Shown here piece by piece: positions 33,540-51,408 of a stretch of DNA of 64,000 bases. A program made the position numbers and the translations under genes. The stretch is from the human T2T-CHM13v2.0 reference genome, Homo sapiens: the NCBI RefSeq assembly GCF_009914755.1, contig NC_060926.1; one strand, written 5' to 3'. Numbering within the stretch: the first letter of the stretch is position 1; each line of letters begins with the position of its first letter. Under the pieces are notes generated by a model. It saw only the letters and a program-made list of their open reading frames with translations, ran no database searches and was not told the origin of the DNA.

Positions 33540-34199
33540 TGATTTAATTCTTGACGCTTGTGGAAGGTAGGTACTGTTAGTCCCATTTTACAGATGAAAC
33601 AGTTAAGGCTTAAAGCGGTTAAGGGATTTGCCCAAGGTTACACAGTCTTAAAGCTAGGAAGGGAAGGAGCTGGGATGTGAATCCAAGTCCAGGTGACATT
33701 GAAGTCCTTGGTTCAGAAGCTTGTAATGCAAGCAAGAAAATCTAGCTTCAGCCCCATCTTCCTACCAAGGACATTTTAACCCAGAATGTTGTGGTGAGAA
33801 GTGGGGACCTTCCATAGGAAATCCTCCAAAGGCCCTAAAGATTGTAGTGAGAAGTAGGGACCTCCCACAGGAGATCCTGCAGAGGCCCTGCTAACAGCCA
33901 TGCGTGGGGAAACTACAGGCGCCCTCTGGCTGTTGCCTCAGGGACGAGGCTGGTTACCAGCTCTCCAAGAGAACCCCAGGCCCCATTGACTGTTCCCTTC
34001 CCACATGACTCACACATGCAGGTTCATTCCAACCTTACAGCAATCCCCTCAGGTAAAGCGCCCTCACTTTACAGAAGAGGACACTGAGACTCAAAGGGAT
34101 GACGTCAGGTGCCCAAGGTACTAGTCAGAAAGTGGCCCTGGGGCTTCTGCAACAACCACTATGTCACACAGTCCGAGCTCAATCCAACTCTGCAAGAGT

Positions 34200-34900
34200 C
34201 CATAAGCAAAGGGGCGGCGACGTGAGGTGGAAACAGTAGCCTGAAACGTGGGTGTGCACGTCGGATCCCATCCCACCGTCCACTCGCCTGGAAACCCCCA
34301 GTTTCCCCATATGCCCAGCTTCGTCCCCTGCAATTAGTGAGGGCTCACATGGGTCCGCCCCATCCGTGTGGTCGGAAACGGCCGGGAACCTGGTTCTAGT
34401 TCTGCCCTCCGCGGGAGACCTGCGCCAGGGACACCCTTCTGGCCTAACCCAGCCAGGCCTGGTCTACCTGGCGGCGGCGGCGGCGGCAGCCGGTCCTCCT
34501 GCGCTGAGTTAGGGCTCGCGGGGCGGGAGGTCAAGGGCAGCGGGCGCCTGAGCACTGGCACCAGTCACCGCATCCAGCCGGGGAACTACAGCAGCGGCGA
34601 AGTCACTGCCGCTCGGTGCGCACTCCAGCGAGAAGCGGGCGCGTCCGGTGACGTCACAGGCAACCACCCCTAGCAGGGCACCAATCCCGGAGGGGCGGGC
34701 CCAGTGCGGGGCGGGCGGCGCCGGGGGCTCTTCAGGCTCAGGGCATAGGCAGGCGCCGGCCGCGTTTTCTGGAGACGGTCGCTCTCGGAGGGACCCTGCA
34801 ATTGCCCGAGACCGAGAGTGGGCGCTGCCTGAAAGTTTGTCCCTGGGCGCTTCGCTGGCCTCATCCGGTCTCGGCCCTGTTCTGGGCCTGGCGCCTTTCC
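34200..34900 (-). promoter_or_regulatory. FAHD2CP: CpG-island promoter and non-coding exon 1 of the FAHD2 paralogue (exon 3' end at 34468)
   Basis: CpG island; minus-strand donor CAG|GTAGAC at 34467; full CRE TGACGTCA at 34649-34656; CCAAT at 34681; GC boxes near 34692 and 34708; (GGC)n run near 34470. Confidence 0.8.
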
Positions 34901-35817
34901 CATTGTTGGGGAAAGTGGTCTAGGAGACCAAGGCAGCGTGCTGGGTGGGAGAGAATGATTTGTGGCTTCTGATTCTGACATATGTCGTTGAGGAGGGGAG
35001 GGATGAGTGACCCTGTTTTACTTATGGAGAACCTGGGGCCAGAGCTGTTTTCCCAGGGTGACACAGGCGGTGAGTAGTGGAGCTGGCATTCCTGACCCCA
35101 AAGCTCAGCGTTTCCCAGCCACTCCCAGCAGCCAGGCCTTCACCTGCACTGCTGGGCGCAGGTGGGGAAGTGGGGAAACGGTGCTCCATCCCCTGCAGAG
35201 GGCAGGCGTGCAGGGAGCGGAGGCTGAACTCCACAGACAGCTACTGCTCAGCTCTTCGGCTGCCGGCTTTGAAGAGTATGAGGGGCTCTGGGCAAGAGGC
35301 CCCCACATTACTCAAGGACCAGATCATCAAGAGCTTTACTTGTCCCACGAAGGAGTCTGGACCTTGTTTAAGTGCACAGGAGACCGCTGGAAGGTCCTCA
35401 GTGGCGTGCCATGGCCCGACTTCTATTTGAGAAGTTTTTCTCTGGCCACCTGTCTAAGGAAAGGTATCTGGGTGGGTGGTGCGGGTGAGAACAATGATGG
35501 TGCGGTGCTTGGCGGAGAAGGTGAGTGTTCATAGATGTTCAGGAGGAAGAACTGACAGCTCTGGATGACAGGAGGTGGAAGTGAGAAGGAAGCAGGTACA
35601 AGGCCGACTCCTGGGTCTCTAGCCTGGTAGGTGCAGGGCTGATCATGGAGACAGGGCTTCTGGAGGAGCAGCGGGTCTGGGGAGATGACAGTGAGCTCCA
35701 ATTTGCATGGGACATCCAAAGGGCATTGAACAGTGGGCAGCTGGAGACGTGGGTCTGGAGCTTGGGACTTCAGTCTAGCTTACAGAAGGTCACCACCGAT
35801 ATAGAAATGGAACCTAT

Positions 35818-36169
<352 letters not shown>

Positions 36170-36239
36170 TCATTAAGCCATAGCTCCCAAAGACTTTCTG
36201 AAAAGCTAAGTTACAGCCTGAAAGAAAAGATCTTCAGAG

Positions 36240-37520
36240 GCTATATTTGATAAAAGACTTGTATCCAGAATATAGAAAGAGCACTTAAAATCAATAGATA
36301 AAATCAAACAATTCAATTTTTTAAATGGACAAAATATTTGAACAGACACTTCACCAAATAAGATATACAGACAGAAAATTAAGACATGAAAAGATGCTCA
36401 ACATCATTAATCATTAAGGATATGCAAATTGCAAGCACAATGTGACACCGTCTCACACCTACTAGAATGGACAAAGAAGACTGATTATACCAAGTATTCA
36501 CAAGAATGTGGAGGACCTGGGATTCTTGTACGCTGCTTATGGGATTATAAAATAGTATCACTACAATTGAAAATCATTTGGCAGTGTATGAAGAGTTAAA
36601 CATACTCCTACCATATGACCTAGCCATTTCAATCCTAACTATTGACAGTATTGAGTTGTACCTTAGCCCTTTGCTCCTAGAAATAGTGAAGGTTAAGGAA
36701 TCCTTCCACTCCTTTGTTCCAGAAAACACCCTACTGGAAAGAACCAGTGGCTTTCCATATAGCTTGAATAAGAATCCTGAATGTCTCCTCCTGACCAGAC
36801 CATACACAGACCCTCTAAATTCCCATTCTTGACATCATAAATGATTAGCTGGACTGCTTGTCCCCACAGATCAATAAGAACAAAATGCCTGTAACCAAAC
36901 CTTGGTTCAGATTCTCTCCTTCTCCAAGCCCCTGACCTTTGGCCCACCCGCAGCTTGTGCCAACCCACCGCCTTCCTGAGGGTCCCTCCTGAGAACAGGC
37001 TGTCTGCAGGGTAAGACCTGCTCGATCGTGACACTCTTGCTCAGCTCACTTTCCCATAACAGTTCTTTCTAGCCATGTTTACGCCTCCCTATACAAGGTC
37101 AGCCCTTTGCCTAACCTCTGAGACACTTGAGGATCACATCGTCAGACTGTCTCCTTATTGTAATAGTCCCCCCCCAACCCCCACAACAATCCTTTTGAAT
37201 AAATTCTCTTTTTATGGAATCCAGATTTATATTTTTGTTTGATAGTAATTACATGAGAAATAAGAAAAATATGCTCATGCAAAGATGTATTCAGAAGTGT
37301 TCACAGCAGGCTTTTTGTAAAATCCCCAAACTGGAAACCACCCAATTTTCCATTAACAGGTGAATGTGTAAACACTCTGTGTATAGCCACACTAGGGAAT
37401 ACTACTCAGCAATAAAAAGGGACAAATTATTGATACAACATAGAAATATATCAAGATAATTATTTGGAGTGAAAAAGGGTAGATTAAAAATGAGTACATA
37501 TTGGATGATTTCATTTATAT
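36240..37520 (+). mobile_element. Old L1M 3' fragment split by an ERV1-type solo LTR (MER31-like, about 36644-37223)
   Basis: L1 'tttgaacagacacttcaccaaa..aaaagatgctcaacatcattaatcatta' motifs on both sides of an LTR starting 'tgacagtattgagttgtacc' and ending 'aataaa..ccagattt..tttgata'. Confidence 0.65.
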
Positions 37521-37890
37521 GGAGTGTCCTTGAGGGATATCTTCAAAGACCCCTAGCAGATGCCTGAAACTGCAGATAGTACCAAACCCTACATCTGCCA
37601 CGTCTTTTCCTATACATAGATGCCAGTGAACAAATTTAATCCAGATGAAGTTAATCTGGTGCTACACGGTTGCTGTCAATCAGAATACGTTTCTGTTGAC
37701 ATCTTCCACTCACAAATCTAATGCTTTTTCTACCCTAACTAAGCGCTTCTCACACACTGTAGCCATAAGTTTTGCATTTTGAGGTGTGACAGCAAAACTG
37801 GCACAAATTTCTTTTTCATTCTTCACAATTTCATGGATAGAAGATTCATTCTTTCTGTAGATCTTAGCAACCTCATTATGTGATTTTTTT
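37520..37890 (-). mobile_element. Tigger4/Zombi-like DNA transposon fragment
   Basis: 'gatgcctgaaactgcagatagtaccaaaccc' terminal region; minus ORF 37710-37937 encodes a pogo/Tigger HTH-like piece (EVAKIYRKNESSIHEIVKNEKEI). Confidence 0.7.
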
Positions 37891-40146
37891 TTTTTCCTGG
37901 CAGCTTGAGAGGGGCACATGTTAGCAAGAAGGAGCACAGCATCCCTGCCAAGTTATCTGTCCTACGTGTACCCTGGGTTAGACACACCCTCCTCTGGCTT
38001 GCTGTGGTCTGGCCTCACCCTGCGATGCAGGGGCTCCATCCACAGCCCTCTGTCCAGGAGCACCCAGGCTCTGCTTACATTTTTTCAGGGATAGGGAGGT
38101 CACTGCTGTGTGGGCGGCTGGGCCCAGTATTTTATGGGGAGGGGGAGAATGGAAGGCAACTCTGTCTTCAAGTGTCATCACTGTCCTGGGCGCATGGAGC
38201 AGCCCAGGTAACAACGTGCCCTCGGTGTTCCCTAATGCTGGGTAGTCCTTCCTGTCAGAATGTGCTTCCTGTGACAACCTGAAGCCTGTGACTCCTAGCT
38301 GGTAGAAATGTCTTCAGCTTGCCCCTGGAGCTGTGCAGAGCACATCTTGTCTTGCATTTTCTAAAATGTTTGAATAAAACCAGCATGTCATTCCTCTGCC
38401 ACCTCTCCCCTACTTCCCTCACCTTTCTTAGACCTCACATCATTCTGATAATCTCCTTGGGGTAGATTCAGTCACCGTTGGTCATCACCAGCTGTGCCTC
38501 CTCCTGCTGGAGGATGGGGTGTTCACATCTAGCTGAACTAAGGCCTGGCCATCAGACTTGTTTTGGCCGATGCTATGTGGGCAGGAGCATCATAGACCCC
38601 TTACAAGGCTTCTGTAAAAGCCTGCCTGTGTTTGCCATGTCTCTTTTCCCTCTGCTACTAGATAGAATGCTCTAAATAAGAACCACTCTGTCAGCTTGTG
38701 TCCCAGAGTAAAAACGACATGGATCGAGCCACAGCCAACTCACATCGGATGTGGAATATGAGGGAGATGACACTGAGATTTGGGAGTCTTTTGTTATTGC
38801 AGCAAAACTCAGCCCATCCTGACTGATATGACTCATTTGCCAAAGTCTCTTAGAAAGTGGGATATCTCACCTTAAGAGGATGTGAATGGCCTGGAGTAGG
38901 ATAGCATGCCCAATTCCTTGTCCAGAGATTACGGAAACATCTATGAGTTCAGCATCTCTTACAGAAGAACATGATAATTACCTTGAGTGCAACCCATTCC
39001 TTATGTATATGAAGAGCTGACAGAAAATGACTTCCTCATTCTTCACCTAAGCAAAAGAGCATCTACACCTGAAGAGACCACTTGCCCTTCACTGACATTA
39101 AATTTCATCCTACTGACTCTGACCTATCTCCTTAGGCTGTTGGGCTTATTTTTTGAACATTGTATTATGAAATTTTCAAACATACAAAAAAGTTGGAAAA
39201 AAAGTACAATGAAAACCTGTATACTCACCACCTAGACCTTACAATTTATGTTTTACTATAGTTTCCTTATCACATGTACATCTATCCTTCCACCTGTCTA
39301 TCAATCCATCTTGTCTTTTGATGACTTTCAAAGTAAGTTATAGACATCAGTACACTTTCCCTGCCCCCCTCAAACATTTCAACATGCACACATTGGCTAA
39401 AGTTCAATATTTGCTTATGCTTTTTAGGTGTATACAGAGCTCTAACTGTCCTGTTCCATCCAAAGGGGGAAAACCAAGAAGCACTTGTGAAGTTAACATT
39501 TCAGAGACAGAGGATCACTAAAAGGCTGAGACCTAATCATAGGACTGTGATCACTTTTCTGTCCTTTGCCACCTTACTACGACATTACTATAGGGCCTAC
39601 TAACTGCAGTTCCTCTTACCCAGTACCTCATGTCTGATGTCAAGAAAAAAATTACAAGTCATACTAAAAGGCAAAACACAAAGTTTGAAGAAAAAGAGCA
39701 AGCATCAGACCCAGACTCAGATATGGCAGGAGTGTTAGATTTATCAGACTGGGAATTTAAAACAACTATAACTAATATACTAAGGGCTCTAATGAATAAA
39801 GTAGACAGCATGCAAGAACCCGCGAAGCAGAGAGATGGAAATCCTAAGAAAGAATAAAAAGAAAAGCTAGAGATGAGAAACACTGTCCTAGTGATGAAAA
39901 ATACCTTTGATAGGCCCATGAGTGTAATGGACATGGCTGAAGAGAGAATCTCTAAGCTTGAGGATATATCAATAGAAACTTCCAGGACAGAAAAGCAAAG
40001 AACAAAGAGACTGAAAAAGTGAAACAGACTATTCAAGAACTGTGCGACAACTATGAAAAAAATAACATACACATAATGGGGATGCAAGAAAGAGAAGAGA
40101 AACAAAGAGAAGAGAAAGAAACAAAAAATATTTAAAACAATAATAG

Positions 40147-40350
40147 CTTGAGCAACATAGGGAGACCCCATCTCTACAAGAAAATTAAAAAATTAGGGGT
40201 GCATGGTGCACACCTCTGGTCCCATCTACTCAGTGGGGTGAGGTGAAAGGATCATGTAAGCCCGGGAGGTCAAATCTGCAGTGAGCCATGATTGCACCAC
40301 TGCACTCCAGCCTGGGTGACAGAGTGAGACCCTGTCTCAAAAAATAAATA
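40147..40350 (+). mobile_element. Partial old Alu (right-arm portion)
   Basis: 'gcagtgagccatgattgcaccactgcactccagcctgggtgacagagtgagaccctgtctc' plus A tail. Confidence 0.8.
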
Positions 40351-40655
40351 GATGTGGTGGCACACACCTGTAGTCCCAGGTACTTGGGAGGCTGAGGCAG
40401 GAGGATTGCTTGAGTCTGTACAGGAGTTCTGGGCTGTAGTGCACTATGCCGATTGGGTGTCTGCACTAAGTTTGGCATTAGTATGGTGACCTCCAGGGAA
40501 TGGGGGAACACCAGGTTGCCTAAGGAGGGGAGAACTGGCCCAGGTCAGAAATGGTGCAGGTCAAAATTCCCTTGCTGACCACACCTGTGAAAGGCCACTG
40601 CACTCCAGCCTGACCAACACAGCGAGACCCCACCTTTTAAATAAATAAATAAATA
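40351..40655 (+). pseudogene. 7SL (SRP) RNA retro-pseudogene
   Basis: Alu-like 5' domain followed by the 7SL S-domain: 'ggagttctgggctgtagtgcactatgccgattgggtgtctgcactaagtttggcat..ccaggttgcctaaggagggg..ggcccaggtcagaaatggtgcaggtcaaaa', then an A-rich tail. Confidence 0.93.
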
Positions 40656-40808
40656 AAGAATAATGACAGAGATTTTCACCAAATTAATATCAGGCACCAA
40701 ACCATAGATCCAGGAAGCTCTGTGAACACCAACAAGAATAAATGACAAAAAATTCCACCCAGGTATAGCATATTCAAACTAGAAATCAAAGATAAATAAA
40801 ACACTACT

Positions 40809-41105
40809 GGAGGCCAAGGCAGGTTGATCAGAGGTCAAGGTGGGTGTATCACTTGAGGTCAGGAGTTCGAGCCAGCCTGGCCAACATGGCAAAACCTCAT
40901 CACTACCAAAAACACAAAAATTAGCTGGATGTAATGGTGGGCGCCTGTAATCCCAGCTACTTGGGAGGCTGAGACAGGAGAATCGCTTGAACCCAGGAGG
41001 TGAAGGTTGCAAGGTTGCAGTGAGCTGACATTGCACCACTGCACTGCAGCGTGGTGAAAAAGCGAGACTCTGTTCCAAACAAACCAAGAAACAAACAAAC
41101 AAAAA
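40809..41105 (+). mobile_element. Alu (AluS-like, 5' rearranged) with (AAAC)n tail
   Basis: Alu body with duplicated 'gaggtca' and 'aaggttgc' segments. Confidence 0.88.
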
Positions 41106-41844
41106 CTATTGAAAGAAGCCAGAGGAAAAAGCCACCTTACCTATAGGGAGCAAAGATAAGGATAACATCTGCCTTCTCCTCAGAAACCATGCAAACAAGA
41201 AGAGTGTGAAGTGAAATATTTAACATCTTGAGAGAAAAAAATAAACAACCTGGAATTCTGTACCCTGTAAAATTATTCCTCAAAACTGAAGAAGAAATAC
41301 AGACTTCTCACACAAACAAAAATTGAGGGAACTTATTGTAGTACATGTGCCTTGTAAGAAATACTGAAAGAAGTTCTTCCAAGGGAAAGAAAAACATACA
41401 AGTCAGAAACTTGGATCTATATAAAGACAGAGAGCACTGAAGAAGGAATGAGTGAAGATAAGATAAAATAGTAACTTATTTTTTATTCCAAATTGATCTA
41501 ACAGATAACAGTTTGTTCAAAATAATAATAGCAAGAATGTATTCAATTATGTATTCATATATGTGTATATATATCCACAGAAACATATATACTTATGTAT
41601 AAATACATATGCTTATGTATAAATGAAATGAATGACATAGTGATATAAGAGATAGGAGGCAGGAATTGGTATTATTTTGTTATTATAAGGTACTTGGTAC
41701 AACCCATGAAGTAGTGTATGCTATTTGAAAATGGATTTGCATTAGTTGTAGATGTACATTGCAAATCTAAGGAAAACACTAAAAGAAGTGAAAAAAATAA
41801 GAAGAAAAGTATTTTTTTTTAAAAGAAATTGCCTTCCTCCACTT

Positions 41845-42165
41845 GGGCTGCTATAACAAAATAATTTAGACTGCATAATTTATAAATATGAGAAATTTAT
41901 TTTTCATAGTTCTGGAGGCTGGGAAGTCCAAGATCAAGGCAAGAGCAGATTTGGTGTCTGATAAGGGCTCACTCTCTGCTTCCAAGATGGTACCTTCTTG
42001 CTGTGTCCTTGTGTGGTGGAAAAGGTGAATAGCCCCCTCTCACCTATTTTATTACAGCACTAATCCAGTAATGAGGGCTCCACCCTTATGACTTAATCAT
42101 CTCCCAAGGGCCTCACTTCTTATATTGGTGATTAAATTTCAAGGGAACATATTGAGACCATAGCA
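41845..42165 (-). mobile_element. MaLR LTR (MST/MLT1A-like)
   Basis: 'gggctgctataacaaaata..agttctggaggctgggaagtccaagatcaagg..gaccatagca'. Confidence 0.8.
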
Positions 42166-43288
42166 GAAATATGTTGACAATGTAATTATTTTTTGGTCAT
42201 ATAAAATGTGGAATTAAAATCACAAAAGGCAAAAAAAGAGTGGAAGACAAAAATATAGGAACAAATAACAAGGCAACAAATAGAAAAACAATAACAGATA
42301 TGGTAGATATTACTCTAACTATGTCAATAATCATTTTGAATGCCAGTGGTCTAAATACACCAACTAAGACAGAGATTTTCCAAAGCAAAAAAACTATCAA
42401 CAGGGTAAACACACAACCTATAGAGTGAAAGCAAATGTTTACAACCTATGCATCTAACAAAAGTCTAATATCTAGAATCTATAAGGAACTTAAATCAACA
42501 AGGAAAAAACAACCCCACTAAAAATGGCAAAGGACATGAACAGACACTTCTCAAAAGACATCTGCACAGCCAACAAACATATGAAAAAGTACTCAATATC
42601 AAAACCACAATGAGATACCATCTCACACCAGTCAGAATGGCTATTATAAAAAGTAAAAAAATAACAGATGCTGGAGAGGTTGTGGAGAAAAGAGAATGCT
42701 TATACACTGCTGGTCAGAACATAAATTAGTTCAGCCACTGTGAAAAGTAGTCTGGAGATTTATCAAAGAACTTAAAACAAAACTACCATTCAACCCAGCA
42801 ATTCCATTCCTGAGTGTATACCCAAAGAGATATAAGGCATTCTACCATAAAGACGCATACAGGCCTATGTTCATCGCAGCACAATTCACAAATAGCAAAG
42901 ACATGGAATCAAACTAGATGCCCATCAATGATAGACTATATATACACTATGGAATACCACAGAGCCATAAAAAGGAATGCAATCAATGTCCTTTGCAGCA
43001 ACATGGATAGAGCTGGAGGCCATCATCCTAAATGAATTAACACAGGAACAGAAAACCAAATAATGAATGTTCTCACTTATAAGTGGGAGCTAAACACTGA
43101 GTATACATGGACACATAGAAGGGAACATCAGACATCCGGGGCCTACTTAAGGGTGGAGGTTGGGAGGAGGATGAGGATTGAAAAACTACCTATTGAGTAC
43201 TCTGCTTATTACTTGTGGAACAAAATGGCCGGTACACCAAACTCCCATGACATGCAGTTTACTGATGTAATAATAAACCTTCACATGT

Positions 43289-47189
<3,901 letters not shown>

Positions 47190-49609
47190 AAACCTTCGCA
47201 TGTACCCCTTGAACCTAAAATAAAAGGTAGGAAGAAAGAAATAAAATAAAAGAGATTGTCAGTGTAGATTAAAAAGTCGGACTCAACTATATGTAGTCTA
47301 CAAGAAACACATTCTAAATATAAAGATGCACCTGCATAAATTAAAAGGATACAGAAAGATATACCATATTAACACTTATCAAAACACCCCCAACATATCT
47401 CTATTAATTTCAGGCAGAGCAGCCTTAAAGAGCAATAAAAGTTACCATAGATAAAGAAGGACATTACCTAAGAAAAAGGAGTCAATTCTCCAAGAAGATA
47501 TGACAATCCTGCATGTGTGTATGCACCTAACAACAGAGCATAGAAATATGTTTAATTTACACTTATCTTCTTATGAGCCATGTTGCGTAACTTTTCATGT
47601 GTTTAAGATCAACTTCCAATTATTTTCCTATGAAATCTCTTTGTGTATCTTTTTAATTTTTTCAATATATTGTTGGTTTATTTCCCCTAAATTTGTAAGA
47701 ACTATTTGTATATTAGAGATAGCACCCCTTTGTCTATGATATAAGTTGCAAACCTATTTTCCCACTCTTTCATTTGTTTTCTGACTGTGGTGGTAGTCTT
47801 TTCTTGCCATGCAAAAAATTTTGTTTTGTTTGTCTTTGATGTAGTTGAATTGACCAGTCTTTTAAAATTGTGTCATTATTAGATGAGCGACTTTCTTTCC
47901 AGCTCACCTGAGAATGTGTTTTCCTGTTGAGCTACAGAATGAGCATTGGGTATTTTGTGTTCCTCTGAGAAAGAGAAGAGGTGTGTCTGGCAGACAGGAG
48001 TTGACCTGGTCCTATCTGCTGGGCATTGGCGATGCTGTGAGCTGCCTGGCACCCACAGATGGATGTTGATGTTCTCTTGTGAGCATAAACAATTCCATAG
48101 AACATCTGCTTCATACCATATCATTTTGTGCCAATACTTAAGACAAAAACAAGACGTCTTCATAATCATGTCTGAGCATGAGCAAAGCATGAGCATTGTT
48201 CATATCACACAAATGACCAATGTCTCTCTATTCTAGCTAAGATGAGTAACTACTGTTTCTTCACCAACTACAGCTTTAACGTTCTTTACCAATTATAGCC
48301 TTAACCCATTAAGGCTTTAATACAGGTTTACATCTTTCTACATAAGATTTATTAAGATACCCTGCTATGCTAGAATTACCCCCACTTCCTGACAACACCC
48401 AATTCAGAACAAAGCCCCATTTCCTTAAACCCTTCTCCCAGATTATTGCCTAACACAACCCCAAATCCTCTAAGTCCTTTCTGACGTCCTCTTAGTGAGA
48501 CACCACACCGTTTCCTGTAGTTTGTATTCTCCTTCACTTAACCAGTAATAACTCACTTCTTCAACTACAGGTGTGTTCATGGTGGCCTTTGATTGGAGCC
48601 CATTAACATCTCCACTTTTCCTGGTGGCCCAAGGGAATGGGGAGACAGTAGAGGGAAAGGGCAGCTGAGGGCTCTGAGCATTGGTTAGAATGCTTGGGCA
48701 ACAGATGGCTCTTCCTGTTTCAGTACCATGAGGACTCCCCTGGGCATTGGATTGCTTTCCTCATTCCATGTGTAGCCTTGACTTCTCTTAGAGGAAGTGC
48801 ACCCTGATGTCCCTCCACCTTGTTTCTCCTGTTTCTCCCCAGCATCTGTTTCCACCAGTCACCAGCAAGGGGAGGATCGTATAAGGACACCCTTCAGTGT
48901 CAGTGTGCTTCACTATGCTCAAAATCACCGGATTTGGAGGTGGATGTGGAGGGTGGGGCTGGAGGATGGAACAGGAATTTAGGAGCTAAATGCTGTCCCT
49001 CTCTATTTTGCTCCAGAATGTTCTTTTCCTTTCTCTGAGTCACCAGTTTCTTTACTGTATTAGGCTATGCCCCTTTCCTTGTTTTATTGCTATCAGTCAT
49101 TTCTTATTGGCCTTTATAATTTTGTTAGTACCGGGATGGAAAACCCTACAATATTGTTTTTTTCCAATACCGAAGGCATCTCCTCTCCTCATCCCTGCTC
49201 TTTCCCTCCAGTTGAAAAAGATAAATAAACACTCTCTGTTGACAAATGTCTTTTCTCTTTTCTGTAGGCTCTGTGAGTTCTCCTTTCAGTTTATGCTTTT
49301 GGAAACAAAAGTCCTTGTCTGTCCTTCAGGTGTGAGTCAGAGCCAGATTCCTGACTAAATGGAGGGAAGGTTAAGAAAAAATACAATGAGAAATTCATTA
49401 TAAGAAATTATTTTGTTGTCATCTAGTCATGTAAGTTTTGTCTTTAGTGGTGGTAACATGTGCTCATTCATCGTAGTTCGTTGCTCATGCCATGTGGTCA
49501 TTGTCTCATGCTTATGGGCACCTCTCTTTAGTGACACCCACCTATTGGGGGGAGTCCCATTTGTAAAGAATTTTGTTGATGTGCTGAATACAAATTGATT
49601 TCCTAGAGT

Positions 49610-50002
49610 CTTGTCTGTTTTGGGCTGCTATGAGAGAATACCATAGACTGAGTAATTTATAAAGAACAGAAATTTGTTTTTTTCCACAGTTCTGGAGGCA
49701 GGGAAGTCCAAAATCCAGGGGCCATTAGATTCATTGTCAGGTGAGGGTCTGGTCTCTGTTTCCAAGATGTCGCCTTGAAGGCTGCGTCTTCCAGAGAGGA
49801 GGAGTGCTGTGTCCTCACATGGCAGGAGACTGAAGGGCAAAAGGAGTCTAACTTCCTCCATCATGCCTTTTTCTAAGCATATCTAATCCTATTCATGAAG
49901 GCAGAGTCCTCATAGCCTAATCACCTCCAAAAGGCCCCAACTCTTAATACTATCACATATGTAATATTTGATTTCTGGAGGGGATACATTCAAACCATAG
50001 CA
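49610..50002 (-). mobile_element. MaLR LTR (MST/MLT1A-like)
   Basis: 'ctgttttgggctgcta..aataccatagactgagtaatttataaa..cattcaaaccatagca'. Confidence 0.82.
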
Positions 50003-51115
50003 GATGCTCATGAAACTAGAAACAGTGGCTAATGCCAGAGAAAGAAGCTGAGGATCTGGGAAGTCTTACTTGTGGATTTTATATGTTCCATTCCCATATG
50101 TAAATAAATGAGTTAATTGAAATGGAAGAAAATGAAGAAAGATGGAGAATTGTGTCATGGAACAATGGACAGCAGTCATAACATAATGGGTGAAAACAAA
50201 GCTCAAGTACATGAGGATGATTATATCTTTAATGGTATCTTGAAGCTGTAAGAGATCATCAAGTCTTGACTTCTATGTTAAAAAAGAAAGAAAACTGATG
50301 ACCCATATTTAAACTGAGGCATGTGACATTTCTGCTCTACTCAGCACTCTTCACTCATCCAACAAAAATTCATTATGGTTTCTTATGTTCCAGGCACTGG
50401 GCTAGGTGTTCAAGGAAGACAGAGGGAGGAAATAAAAATTTTTATAAAACAGTCTTTGTCCTCAAGCAGCTCACAGGGCAGAGAGACCCTGATAGAGTAC
50501 AGACTTCATGAAGAGTGGGGATGGGAAGGGCATTCTCTCCACACGCATCCCTGTCCCACCTCGGAGATTTCCTCCTCAGAACGCTACCTCTTACGCTTTC
50601 CTGTCTCACTCTTTCCAGCTCTCAGTTTAGAAGGTGTTTCCTCAGAGTACCTTTGCTGACCTCTCAAGTCTGGTAAATGGCCCTTCTCACTGGTGCCTGC
50701 ATGCCCTGTGTGCTCCTGTCATGCACACAACACAGCATAGTAAAATGCCTGGTGTATGTGTTTGTCTTTTCAATACTCTGAGCTCTGCTCATTGGCAAAT
50801 CTCAGGACATAGCACAAGATGTGGCCCCTAAATGTTAACTGAATGAATGAATGGAATCACTGGTATCTCTTTAGCTTGAAGAATAGAAAGCCCTTGTAGG
50901 ACAAAGACGATTGGGAGAAATGTGAAGTCTGGCGTGGACTCTGTCAGAAGGCAGAACTGAACCAGTGGATGGAATTAGAAGAGGGAGACTTCGGTTTCAC
51001 ATCAGGAATGATATCATAGTCAGAACTCACCACACACATAATAGGTTAGATGAGGGAGGAGGGAGTCCTTCATTGCAGGAGTTTTAAAGGTGAATACAAG
51101 AAATGGGAGGCACTT

Positions 51116-51408
51116 GGCCTGGCGCGGTGGCTCAGGTCTGTTAATCCCAGCACTTTGGGAGGCAGAGGCCAGTGGGTCACAAGGTCAGGAGTCGAGACCA
51201 GCCTGGTCAAGATGGTGAAACCCCGTTTCTACTAAAATACAAAAATTAGCCGGGTGTGGTGGCGGGCACCTGTAATCCCAGCTAATTGGGAGGCTGAGGC
51301 AGAAGAATCACTTGAACCGGGGAGGCAGAGGTTGCAGCGAGCCAAGTTTGAGCCACTGAACTCTAGCCTGGGCAACAGAGCAAGACTCCGTCTAAAAAAA
51401 AAAAAAGA
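51116..51408 (+). mobile_element. Alu (AluSg/Sx-like)
   Basis: Full dimer; 17-bp TSD aagaaatgggaggcact at 51098 and 51409. Confidence 0.95.

Larger units (their letters stand above)
39420..42380 (+). mobile_element. Old L1M (ORF1 region to ORF2 start) with Alu, 7SL and MaLR insertions; resumes at about 47251-47530
   Basis: Degenerate ORF1-like frame (39630), 'ttctcctcagaaaccatgcaa', and 'ctaaatacaccaactaagacagagatt' continuing as 'agagattgtcagtgtagatt..ctacaagaaacac' at 47251. Confidence 0.7.

Noticed and set aside
47900-48610. Possible LTR remnant
   Set aside because: Some LTR-like wording, but I could not place termini or a family with confidence.
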